A DNA stretch of 62,599 nucleotides, the filler included, from Mytilus trossulus (lineage: Eukaryota): NCBI RefSeq assembly GCF_036588685.1. It is 2 parts of one record of this genome, joined end to end, with 100 filler letters (N's around TTAATTAATTAA, not from the genome) between each part and the next. Parts side by side here need not be neighbours in the genome. Positions count along the whole stretch, not along the records: positions 31,232 to 62,599 come from NC_086377.1; 1 more part is not named here. One strand, given 5' to 3'. Both the position numbers and the translations under genes were made by a program. Every line of letters starts with the position of its first letter. The stretch's first letter is position 1. This document shows, in pieces, positions 40,344 through 52,498 of the stretch. Below the pieces are notes generated by a model. The model was not told where the DNA came from, did no database searches, and saw nothing but the letters and a program-made list of their open reading frames with translations.

Positions 40344-41010
40344 GTTTATTATTAAATTGCAATTTATAAAAGATTGTAATTTTCAATCCTGTGGATCGAC
40401 GTGTACTGAAAATGATTCCCTATCTAACCAATACTCTTGGCATATGTCAAGTGGTAATCTTCTAAACCACTTTTGTGCCCATATTCTTTTAGGATGAAGC
40501 CCGTCTCTTAGCAGGTGAAAATTAATATTTTGTCTGTTGTGTGATGACGAGTGGAATAGACCTGAGATAGTTGTGTAGAACAGTTTCACTCATAAGTCCT
40601 TTATTTTCTAAATTCGATCTGTAATACTTAAAAAACACGTATTACATGAAACAGTCTAAAAATATGCAAATTATTATGATACAAAATGCAAATCTTGACT
40701 AAAATAAAATAAAAAATAAAAAATAAAAATGTTTTTGTATGTCCAGTAATTTGGTGACGAGGTCGGAGCCACCGGAATTATTTTTTTTCAAATACAAATT
40801 TTCGTCAGCTAAATTTTTTGTAAAATTAAAACAATTTTCAGTATTTAAAGTATAAAAATCATACGATCTCACCGGAATAATTATGTTTGGGTTGTGATTG
40901 ACGGGGATCCGCTTCTGGATCGCCCAATCGTCGACTCACGTGGTTTTCCAAACTGGCAACTTTCCGATGAATTTTCAAACTTCTCAGTCGAATAAATTCA
41001 CAATAGTCGA

Positions 41011-41024
41011 CACTTCTGACACCA
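41011..41024 (-). promoter_or_regulatory. Primer binding site complementary to the tRNA-Leu 3' end
   Basis: TGGTGTCAGAAGTG, 1 nt inside the 5' LTR boundary. Confidence 0.85.
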
Positions 41025-41025
41025 G

Positions 41026-41197
41026 TGTGATCCCTGAAATATTTCTCAAGCAACGTGGGTCCTATTTGGCACCACAAATAGCAGAGATCTACAAAAAGCT
41101 TGGCTGTGACAAAAAGACGTCTGCAGTACTCAAACTTTATTTAAAGAACGAACAACATAAAAACAAGTACACAATCCCGAACCCAATAACCGTTACA
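41026..41197 (-). repeat. 5' LTR
   Basis: TGTAACGG...TCACA on - strand; matches 37098-37269. Confidence 0.93.
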
Positions 41198-41619
41198 GTA
41201 ATTAAAAAATTGACACTGTCATAGTTTAAGTACACTTGTATTTCTACATCAAAAGCTTATGTCATTCGCACTGTATATTGTCAAAGTTGCGGACTTCTAA
41301 TTTAATAAAAGGTTAATTTTGATATTTTCATTTGTAACCACTGTAATGACGCCGGGTATAATTGACGAGAGCTTTGTTTTTATTCAAGACATTTTTTTTC
41401 ATTTTTTTTTTTAACTTAAATACACATGCATGATATTCATTAGCACAATTTAAAACTTACATTCAAATGAATTCCAAGAGGATCAACATTACTTTAGACA
41501 TACAAATGTAGCAACTCATTCCGAACTGTAATAATTAACGACAACATTTTTTTGCCCATTTCATCATTTTTTTTCCCGAAAATTTTAAAATATAATAAGG
41601 AATGGATGGATTTTGGGTA

Positions 41620-43490
41620 AACCTGCATTTGTGTTAAATTATTTATTAATGATCAGGTCGAGAATGCTATATAAAACAATTACCACTCATTCAAAAAAAG
41701 AAGTGTCAGCCTTTTTTTATCATACTGATTTTATTACATTTGTAGATGTCTGTTTCCGTTCGATTCCGTTAAATACCAATTCCTCAGAGCAATTGGTACT
41801 TTGCGGAACGGAACGGAACGGAATAATAAATTAAAAAGTTTAAAATCAGATTCAACTTGATCACTGTTTCTAATCATCGTCGGAACGAAAGGTGGAAGGC
41901 CTCTTTTAAAAAATATAATTACCAATGGAAGAAGTAAGACTTTTTGTCTATCCGGCCTTTGTGTTAAATTCTTAATTATTTATCTGGTCGGGAATGCTAT
42001 CTAAAACACTTATTTCTTCTGCAAAAAGGGGTGTCAGACACATTTTTTTTTATCATACTACTTTTATTACATTATAAATGTCTGGTTCCGTTCGATTCCG
42101 TTAAATACCAATTCCTCAGAGCAATTGGTACTTTGCGGAACGGAACGGAACGGAATAATAAATTAAAAAGTTTAAATCAGAAACAACTTGATCACTGTTT
42201 CTAATCCTCGTCGGAACGAAAGGTGGAAGGCCTCTTTTAAAAAATATAATTACCAATGGAAGAAGTAAGACTTTTTGTCTATCCGGCCTTTGTGTTAAAT
42301 TCTTAATTATTTATCTGGTCGGGAATGCTATCTAAAACACTTATTTCTTCTGCAAAAAGGGGTGTCAGACACATGTTTTTATCATACTGCTTTTATTACA
42401 TTATAAATGTCTGGTTCCGTTCGATTCCGTTAAATACCAATTCCTCAGAGCAATTGGTACTTTGCGGAACGGAACGGAACGGAATAATAAATTAAAAAGT
42501 TTAAATCAGATTCAACTTGATTACTGTTTCTAATCCTCGTCGGCACGAAAGGTGGAAGGCCTCTTTTAAAAAATATAATTACCAATGGAAGAAGTAAGAC
42601 TTTTTGTCTATCCGGCCTTTGTGTTAAATTCTTAATTATTTATCTGGTCGGGAATGCTATCTAAAACACTTATTTTTTCTGCAAAAAGGGGTGTCAGACA
42701 CATTTTTTTTATCATACTGCTTTTATTACATTATAAATGTCTGGTTCCGTTCGATTCCGTTAAATACCAATTCCTCAGAGCAATTGGTACTTTGCGGAAC
42801 GGAACGGAACGGAATAATAAATTAAAAAGTTTAAATCAGATTCAACTTGATTACTGTTTCTAATTCTCGTCGGCATGAGAGGTGGAAGGCCTCTTTTAAA
42901 AAATATAATTACCAATGGAAGGAGTAAGATTTTTTGTTTTTGTCTAAGCTGCCTTTGTTTTAAATTCTTAATTATTTATCTGGTCGGAAATGCTATCTAA
43001 AACACTTATTTCTTCTGCAAAAAGAGGTGTCAGACACATTTTTTTTTTATCATACTACTTTTATTTCATTATAAATGTCTGGTTCCGTTCGATTCCGTTA
43101 AATACCAATTCCTCAGAGCAATTGGTACTTTGCGGAACGGAACGGAACGGAATAATAAATTAAAAAGTTTAAATCAGATTCAACTTGATTACTGTTTCTA
43201 ATACTCGTCGGCACGAGAGGTGGAAGGCCTCTTTTAAAAAATATAATTACCAATGGAAGGAGTAAGACTTTTTGTCTAAGCTGCCTTTGTTTTAAATTCT
43301 TAATTATTTATCTGGTCGGGAATGCTGTCTAAAACACTTATTTCTCGTGCAAAAAGGGGTGTCAGACACATTTTTTTTTTTATATCATACTGCTTTTATT
43401 ACATTATAAATGTCTGGTTCCGTTCGATTCCGTTAAATACCAATTCCTCAGAGCAATTGGTACTTTGCGGAACGGAACGGAACGGAATAA
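41620..43490 (-). repeat. Right-arm tandem array of the same ~330-bp unit, inverted (6 junction motifs)
   Basis: CCTCAGAGCAATTGGTAC near 41782, 42114, 42443, 42773, 43111 and 43446. Confidence 0.92.
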
Positions 43491-43860
43491 TAAATTTAAA
43501 AAGTTAAAATCAGAACCAATGTTTCTAATCATCGTCGGAAAGGACGACGTGAGGTCAGTCTAGATATCATAATGCATGACTTGCAAATGCGTTAATTTCA
43601 TGATAATTTATCAGGACAATCCGACATATTCATTTACAGAATAGTTCCCGATGTTATACATTATTGCACATTTCAACTGTGAAGATGAGATTAAGTATAC
43701 ATTTGTGTTATTTGTATATGGAAAACCGTAAAACACAGAAATTTTAAAGTTTGTTTTGTTTTAAAGATATTTCGAAATTTTGATAAATGCCCCCTTTGGA
43801 TACCTTAAATGAAATTCTGTTCCGTTCCGTTCCGTTCCGTTCCGTAAAGTACCAATAGCC

Positions 43861-44385
43861 GTTGTTTGGTAGTTTGATTTATTGCTTTCAAATTTGAGAA
43901 TTTAATTAATAGATAAAAAAAAAGCTAGAATTTTCAGTCGGACTGAATTCAGACAGTTAACTTTAAATTTGTTTATTATTTTTTCAAATTATTTTCGATT
44001 TTCATAAAACTGTACAGCTATCTCAGTTATATATTGAATGTCAGGTTGTTTGGTACTTTAGTGTATTGCTGTCAAATCTAATTATTTGATTGATAGGTAA
44101 TTAAATAAGCTAGAATTTTTAAGTTCTGACAGAATTCTGATAGTCACCTTTAAAAAAAATCGTTTTCAAATTAACTTGGATTTTCATAAAACTATACAGC
44201 TAACTCAGCTGTATATATATATTAATGTTACTGAATCCCAGGTTCTTATGTTGTTAGTCATATTGCTGACAAATTTAAGGATTTATTTAATCAAGGTAAA
44301 AAAGCTAGAATAATTATTTCGGACTAAATTCAGATAGTCATCTTTAGATTCGTTTATAACTGTTTCAAAGCAACTTGGATTTCAT
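43861..44385. repeat. Old degenerate ~165-bp tandem repeat (also ~31920-32133), split by the Foldback insertion
   Basis: GATTTTCATAAAACT-TACAGCTA and AAGCTAGAAT recur; the unit continues across the insertion. Confidence 0.7.
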
Positions 44386-45108
44386 TTTTGGCCTCACCCT
44401 ATTGATTTTACTAAACATCTATGGAATCGTACGGGGTCAATAGCAAACCATATAATGTAAGGTATATTGTTTTACCCAAAGACAAAAATTAAAGAATGAA
44501 AAAAAATTGTAATAGTATGTGACACTAATATCCCGTACCGGAAAAACTGTCATGATACTATCCATAAATACTTGTTTTATAGGAAAGGGCAAACAGTTTA
44601 TTAATCTTGCCTTTAAAAAAGAGGGACGAAAGATACCAAAGGAAAAATTCAACTCATGTACTCTTTAGGCATTTCTGATCTTTATGAGAATGTGTTATGT
44701 CACTTGCTTTATTATAACAGGGTTGTGAAGGGCGAACTCATGTATAGTCGTATTCTCATTTGAATTTGTTTATCTATCAGTGCTTCCTTGCAATGGGGGA
44801 TGTCCATCTAACTCTGAGAGCTGTTTATATAAACAGTCATGTCTGATTGCAATTAAGAAGTTTAATTGTCTGCCCGAAATGAGGGAGAGTGCAAAATGAA
44901 AATAACACTAAATGAGTTTGTTGATATTAAAGACATTTTCTTGATTTACCTTCATCAAGTACAATCATACCAAATAAAATTGATATCCGACTACCTAAAC
45001 ACGCATATGACTATATTTCGTTGGGTTGGTGTATCGTTGACATATACTAAACATTTCCTTTTAGTCAATTACAAATTATCAGATAGACATGCACATTAAA
45101 GCAAAGAA

Positions 45109-46822
45109 TTATTTAAAACATTCAAATATAAACATAGACCTGACACCTGCAGAAAGTTTTTGTCGAAACTGCTGACCCATCACTAGATATACTATAAAGT
45201 TCATTGCAAAGCCTATCGATAGACTAAGATGTCTGTATGGTATCAGCTTTCCGTGTAATGTCTCGTTTGAAGAAAGGAAATACAATATACAAACTGCACT
45301 GTTTAGTATTTCCGACAAAATGAAAACAATGCATATGAAAGCAATAGTCAATGCAGATATTCGATTTCTACGTGTTACAGTTGGATGATCTATCCAAGGT
45401 AAGTTTTTTCTTATGATAGTTAATTTACATATGATGTACATTGTACAGATTAAAACTAAGGACACACATAAAAGTATCAAGTTGGTAACGACTAGAATTG
45501 AATATCTGTATGTGCTTTTGAGTTGTTTTTTAATTCTAAATCTAGACAACAATGACCGTCAATCTCTCTCATCCAGTGAAGCGGCAACATAATTAAAAGT
45601 ATGGTCAAGGCTGTAGCTAGCATGACTGACAAAATTATGCATATTAGGATGACCCTATTGGTTAGGTATTCCCTCCTCCATAATGGAAACATCAGAACTG
45701 CTGTTTTCTGTAGACAAGAGATTATTGTGATTAAAATGGACAATAAATGAAAACCATCAGAAATAATATTGACAATGCTATACCAAACACAGAACGGATA
45801 ATCCAATAAAAGACGTATTAGTTTGCCATTTGTAAAACCCATTTGATGATAGTAAAATGAATAAGATATAAATTCTGAACCACACCAAATTAATGCTGAT
45901 AAAGTATCTGATATTGCCAAAGCAGAAAGGAGAATGACCACTGGTGATCTATTTTCCTTTCGTAGAAATATCGATAGTACAAAAATATTAAAAATAGTTA
46001 CAACTACGACTAATACCATTTCTGCATAGGACATTGGGGATTCTAGGATCGATATACTTATAATTTTATATGAGTCCCCTATACATTGGTAATAAATTTT
46101 AAGACAGTCGAATTCTGATTTAAATTCCATGATATTGCCTATACTTAGGAGATATTCTGTTTCATTTTTCTGGTAACCTTGTAATTGAACATACTGATAA
46201 AATGGTTTTATACACGAATCGTCTGCTAACAGAATTAGCTGATGCCGATGGTAACCTTGACTCATTCCCGATAACATTCTTCCTTCAAATAAAACAGGGT
46301 TGTCAATGTGATTATCATGTAGAGATATGATAAATACTTGTTGATTTGTAAAAGACAAATGCTCCCAGCAAGATGTCATGTTCAGAAGGAAAAATATCAT
46401 ATCATCTTGATTTAGACGATATTTTTTCAGGCATAAAAAATTTTGGAACTTCATCGTACACTGCTCAATTTCATCTGTAAAAAAAATATCCAAACCTTTG
46501 AAATATGGAACTTCAAAATCGTCTGTATAAGTGATATTGTATGTTACTAACGAGTCACAAAACAGTTTCCGGAAAGTCACGTCTGTACAGTATTCGAGTT
46601 CCTCCTTTAACTGTGAGACATGAAAGTAGACATCCCCAACAATCTTATTCAGATCTGTTGTTTAGGAACAATTATAGCCTAGTTCTACAACTAAAAGCGT
46701 TGAATCTTGAAATCTAGCCAGGAATGACTGACCTTTATCCAAAGATACCATCTTTCCTAAAACATGAGGGCATACAAGTTGGTATAAGTCGGTAGACTCA
46801 CACATTGTCCTACTTTTAGGAT
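45109..46822 (-). pseudogene. Class A (rhodopsin-like, peptide-receptor/chemoreceptor-like) GPCR, long terminal exon, disrupted
   Basis: TM1 ..IFNIFVL, TM2 LSALAISD, TM3 ending CLQK..V..P, TM7 AMNFIVY..MGQQFRQKL; frameshift probably at the A6 run 45526-45531; in-frame TAA at 46662-46664; candidate acceptor TTTCAG at 46823. Confidence 0.8.
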
Positions 46823-49800
46823 CTGAAATTTGAAAAAGTTTCTATCATTTACTCAAATCCATTCTTATTCAAATAATTTGATAAAACTAATACTTATTCA
46901 TATTAATACCAAAAAGCCTCTTTACGATTATGTTCAACTTTATATAAAATAAACACAAGCCATATTTATCATATGTATCGTTCTTTTAGATTGTTTCAAT
47001 TTTGAACCAATCTGTCTGTTTTACTATATACGAGTATGCTTTTAAGTTGATATTTTGAAATCAGAACTTCGATTTTAAAAATGTAATCATAGATGCGACT
47101 GGTAGCCAAGATTCAAAAGATACAGTATGTTTGAAAGTTCCCGTAACAACTTAAACTTATATTATTTCATAATTATTTTAAATTTCTTTATATTCCTACT
47201 GCTTATGCCTTTCGTATCTAATGATCTTATGTCCATATTAACTGATCTGATATTCGAACGCTACTATTTAGACACTCGCGTTTGGCGTTCTCAAATTACA
47301 ACCCTGGTATGTAAGACGATAATATAGTACTACATGCTGTATAAATCTGATAGATCAATATCACCCAAAAGGGCCAAAGTTTTAGAAGAGCTAATATCGA
47401 ATGCGCGTTGGTACAGCACTCGGTATGTGAATATTTGATAGGACTTATTTGTAGTATGTATATCAGATGTTTAAAGGATTGTCAAGAATTGAATATACGA
47501 TAAAGCTATTATCCCTGTAATATGCACATATTTCTAGTACTTCATTTGTCAAACATCGATCTAAAATAATTATCACTGGAACTTTTAGATTTTTTTTTGC
47601 CGAAGAAGAAAAACATCTATGCGATTCATAATACACACATTTTCATTGTCCACTGTTTCCGTCAACAATTCATTATTAGTTTCAATGTGGCATTGAATTA
47701 TTTTTATTCGTAAAACTAAACTATCATTACATTATAGCACCACTAAAATCACAAGCATATCTTTAGTGAGATGTTTTTCAAATGTGAAGGAACTATGTGA
47801 CAGAATCATGTTGAGCGTGTACTTGGTTATTCATATGACACCATGTTTTGTCACAGCTTTTATTGCGATAACAAATTCACATGGTTTTATTTTTATTCTT
47901 GTTTTTATTATGCTTTGTTTACTACTGTTTGTCTTTTCATAAATGTTTTTATTTGACTTGGAGTTGTCTGCTTTTCTACGTCTTTTTTACGAAGTCAATG
48001 AACATGTTTGTTTTATTGTATGCCCTTTTTTAAGAGTTATTTGTTTCCTTTCACTTGCAAACTGTTAAATTGGAACGCCATTGTAGCATATGATATCGGT
48101 TGAAATTACATATCTAACTATTATCGTATGTTGAGGTAGCCGCAATTTCCGTTCTTAACGAAAAAAATCAGAAAAAATATATTTTTTGTTGTGAAAGAAA
48201 AAAGTACTTACAACACAATGACTCATCTAAGCCATCAGGACAATCAAATACACAATCACACACCTTGCTTTGATCAATACAATAATCACCACATTGAAAT
48301 TGTCCTTGGCATGCTGAAAAAAATCAAAAGTTTTTCATTTAATTAGGACTTATCTTGAACAAGATCTATTTATTGCATTCACAATATTTACAGCAAATGA
48401 TCAGTCTTTTAACGCTTTATATTTAAACTGTGTTTGTCACTTGAATGCATGTAAAATGTTCATCAAACTTTCTGTTGTCTAAGACAAACAGCAATTAATT
48501 GCGGAGTTCTTTTGTAATCTTTTTTTTGGCGTTTAAAGTAAAAAAAAAATGTTATTATTTAGCTATTTAACTGTTTTGGTCATTATACATCCTCAGCTTT
48601 CATATATTTGGCTTTAGACGTTCTTGGAGAAGGTAACCCAGAAAAGCGCTTCGAACGCATGAAATTGACAACGTGCACGTGTTGTTCTTATTTGTTTTAC
48701 AGCACTAGGTAGATACCACTGCTGGTGGACTATTGGTCCCCAAAGGTATCATCAGCTCAGTTGTCAGTACTTTTGTACTGACATGATTTATATCAAACCT
48801 TTTGCAAATATACCTTAATGTCTTATCTTTTAAAAAATAAAATCACAAAAATACTGAACTGCGAAGAAAATCCAAAACTAAAATTCCATAACCAAATGAC
48901 AAAATCAAAAGATAGAACACATCAAAAGAATGTACAACAACTGTCATATTCCTGACTAGGTACAGTCATTTTCATTTGTAGAAAGAGGTAGATTGAACCT
49001 GGTTTAATAGTGCTTAACCTCTCACTTATATGACAGTCGCATTAAATTCCAGTATATTGACAACGATGCGTGAGCAAACAGACATAATAGGTACAATTGT
49101 CAAATAGGGGTACAGCAGTGATCACCGTGTCACCGTGCCACAATTACAATCTTATGTTAAAATATTTCAATTTGAATTTTGCTACATCATGATATTAACA
49201 AACCTTAATTTCCAACACTTTTCCGAAAAAATGACACAACTCTGTTTGTTCCAAATTCTTAATTCTTATTGATAGTTCGTATAGAAAATCAATAACATAA
49301 AGACTGAATGCGAAAACAAATGTGAAAATCTTGGCAATAGAAAATCGCTATTTTTTTCTTGCAATTTCGATATGTCTTTTTTGGAAGTAGTACATAGGCG
49401 ATTACAAAAATAATAAATGGGGTTCCATGTGCTCATTTGTTATGTAGGAATAGAGAACCTTTGCTTTCTTTAACGCTAATGATAACAATTCCGTTTTTGG
49501 CGCTAAAAAGTAAAATAACAAAACTACCGATCCCCAAGGGAAATTCAGAACGAAAGTCACTTATCAAATGGCAAAATCAAAAGCTCAAACATATTTGCGA
49601 AATGGAAAACAACTGTGATACTACTGACTTGGTACAGGCATTTTCTTATGTAGAAAACGAAAATTACGTCGCAATGTATTCCAAATACAACAACGTCGTG
49701 CGCTATTCCTGCTATACACCAAACAGATATTGGAATTTCTGTCAAACGAATTTTCTCAAAATAAAAAGTAAACAGTTTACGTAAGCCTCGAGATTTATGC

Positions 49801-50786
49801 CCCGCAATAGATTTTGAATGCCTAAATATTCAAAATGTTCTTTGCAAATACCGATTTGATGACCTTAATGATTTTTCGCAACTTTTGAATGATATTCATT
49901 ATCAAAGTTTAGAAAAATCAGCGTATTATATGAATGGATCATTATCTGGTCTTGCTTCTTTATCGTATGCTCCTAAATTTTATGAACTATGTCAAAGTAT
50001 TATTTACAAGTTATAATGTTCTTTTTAAATGCTTCCGTTCACTTGAGGTTTGCACGCTACTGTCTGTCTAATGATGTAAAGTTTCAAAAAGTTGAGAGTA
50101 CTCATATAGACCTCTCAGCGTTATTGAGGCAAAAAAAACAAAATTGTCACATCAACATATACTTGTTCTTTATATTCCTTAATGCGAACAATATTGTAAT
50201 GCCACTATTTTTTGACGTTTTGACCAAGTCAGTGTTTTATATGTATACTAGGAGACAGCTACTTTACTGGTTTCTGAATTCTATATATTTATTTCTTTAT
50301 TTGTTTGTATTGTATTGTTAATGACAATGGATATTGATTAAGGTGGCTCGATTTATTTTCATAAAATTTGACAAAAAAATTACTTTGACCTTTTGACAAA
50401 AATATAAAAATTTCAAAAAACTTTATCGGAAAAAAATAATTAAAAAAAATAATCACAGAGAAGAAAATCGATTTTTAAATTCGTACAAATAAACTCGTGT
50501 GCATTCAGATGCTTATGGAAGGTATGTAGTTCTAGCTACTCTAGAAGAATACCTCGTGTTGTTAAGATAAGGTAAGATAAGTAAAATTCTGTTGATAAAT
50601 TGCATTCGGGGATCCCGAATTTTCAGAGACAGTTATCATGTATGTTTGAAAATAAAACCAAAGATAAGCGATTGCAACAATGAACTCTGGAAGACAGGGA
50701 GCATCTAATTAATACTATTATAGTTCATTTATGTTTTTATTTAAATCTCCTATGATTTTCTACCTCATAATCTGGTTTTCATTTAA

Positions 50787-51060
50787 GGTGGTACCCAACA
50801 TTTTCTTTAAAATTAATTTGGCTCGTTTAATGTTCATAACATTTTGACAAAGTATTTACTTTGACCCTTTTACCAAAATATGAAAAAATCAAAAAATTTG
50901 AACCTAGCGTTTTATCAGAAAATTTAGAATGGTTATATAGCAGTTTGACAAACACTAATTTTGATCATTGAGAAGCTTTTACATTGCCTCCACAATGCAA
51001 CGTAGTCAAAACGTTTAGCTGATATTACAGAGTTATCTCCCTGTAGTGTTAGGTACCACC
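50787..51060. mobile_element. MITE with TTAA target site (Kolobok-like)
   Basis: TTAA|GGTGGTACCCAACA ... TGTTAGGTACCACC|TAAA; homologous to 30594-30839; further fragment near 50340-50430. Confidence 0.78.
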
Positions 51061-52334
51061 TAAATGAAATGTCAGACACATAGTTATTTTACCATATCAG
51101 AATAACGTATCTGTATGGTTTGCTTTTATCATTACTCGATATCTCATTTTTCCATTGTTTATATTTCAAATTTTGTGGGTTTGTACAAACGTCACTTATC
51201 GGCAATTTATGAATTTTTAAATTAACATGCAGATAAAACTAGTCACTCGATATCATAACAATTTTCTAGTTTGTATACTATACAATATAGCGAAAATTCA
51301 AATGAAATATGCGTCGTCTGTTGATTTTATCATAGAGTGATGCAGTTTGTAATTAAAAGTCCTGAAATTTTAATCACGCACTTAACAAAACAGTTTCAAA
51401 TATCTATAAATTTAAATAAACTTCTCATTTTGTTCCTCTTGCAATGAAATGATTCTTTAGATAGAAAACTTTGTTTACACACCTTGGGAATTTGTCGTCA
51501 TATTTGAAAAATTTAATTTAAAAGATTGGTATTACTAATTAACTATTCTTGTCGATTTTGATAAAATCATTTATTTGATAAATTTTGCTTGTATTTCTAT
51601 ATGGACATTCAAATACTTTTCATATTGTAGAAGATCCCGTAGTCATACTTAGTTCCAAGTCAGGAGCCTGTAATTCAGTGGTTGTCGTTTGTTGCTGTGT
51701 TAAATATTTTTTTTTTTGTTCATTATTTTGTGCATAAATTAGGCCGTTAGTTTTTTTCGTTTGAATTGTTTTACATTTGTCATTTCGGGGCCTTTTATAG
51801 CTAGCTATGCGATATGGACTTTGCTCATTTATGAAGGTCGTATGGTACCCTATAGTTGTTAATTTCTGTATCATTTGGTCTCTTGTGGAGTTGTCTCATT
51901 GACAATCATCCACTGTTTCTTTTTAATATTTACATAGGAATATAAGAAACGTATTGAAATTGTGGCGATTTCAAATTTTCGCTTATTTGTTTTTGAGGCT
52001 TCATTTATTATGAATGTATATTTATATTATAAAATTTAGTCGTATACGTAGGGAACTCTATTTCGCGATTTTGTGTTACATGTTAACAGAGTAAAATGAA
52101 TACATGCAAAATGACGAGTTTTCCAAAGTTATCTTCTTACACCAAAAAATCATTCATTTACATTGGCATACACGCTTTACATGTTTCTATAGCCATTCAA
52201 TTTTTAGATAATGCCGATACTTGGTCGCCATGATCCTGCTCATACACTCTTCATACAGCAAGCGGTAGAAAGAAAAAAAAAACTTGTTTAGTCAATGTCG
52301 ATCGGTCCTAATAAATTGATCAGGCTTTTAAACA

Positions 52335-52498
52335 AGTGAGACAAAACGACCACCAGTCTCTGCTCTTACACATAACTGTCGCTGGCTTCGCGGAGAAGCT
52401 GCAGATATCAATCTATACTTTTTTATTTAATCCGGTGAAGTTCGAACCCACGACCCCTCGCACTGGAGGCGAGGAAGGTTATTACGAGACCACCGAGA
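52335..52498 (-). mobile_element. Decayed tRNA-derived SINE
   Basis: - strand tRNA-like head with B box GGGTTCGAAC, followed by a GCTTCTCCGC..AAGAGCAGAGACTGG body recalled from mollusc SINEs. Confidence 0.55.

Larger units (their letters stand above)
37098..41197 (-). mobile_element. Gypsy-like LTR retrotransposon, non-autonomous (gag + protease, no RT/RH/IN core)
   Basis: Two 172-bp TG..CA LTRs, 4-bp TSD GTAA (37094-37097 and 41198-41201), PBS, PPT, CCHC knuckle, DTG protease. Confidence 0.92.
32134..43860. mobile_element. Non-autonomous Foldback-type TIR DNA transposon (Mutator-like by TSD length), 11.7 kb including nested insertions
   Basis: Termini GGCTATTGGTACTTTACGGAACGG...CCGTTCCGTAAAGTACCAATAGCC; ~380-bp near-identical outer inverted domains; 9-bp TSD GTTGTTTGG at 32125-32133 and 43861-43869; no transposase ORF. 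Confidence 0.9.

Noticed and set aside
32515-43490. CRISPR-like reading of regularly spaced palindromes, and short ORFs in the arm repeats
   Set aside because: The intervening sequences are repeated rather than unique, there are no cas genes and the context is eukaryotic; the ORFs are incidental.
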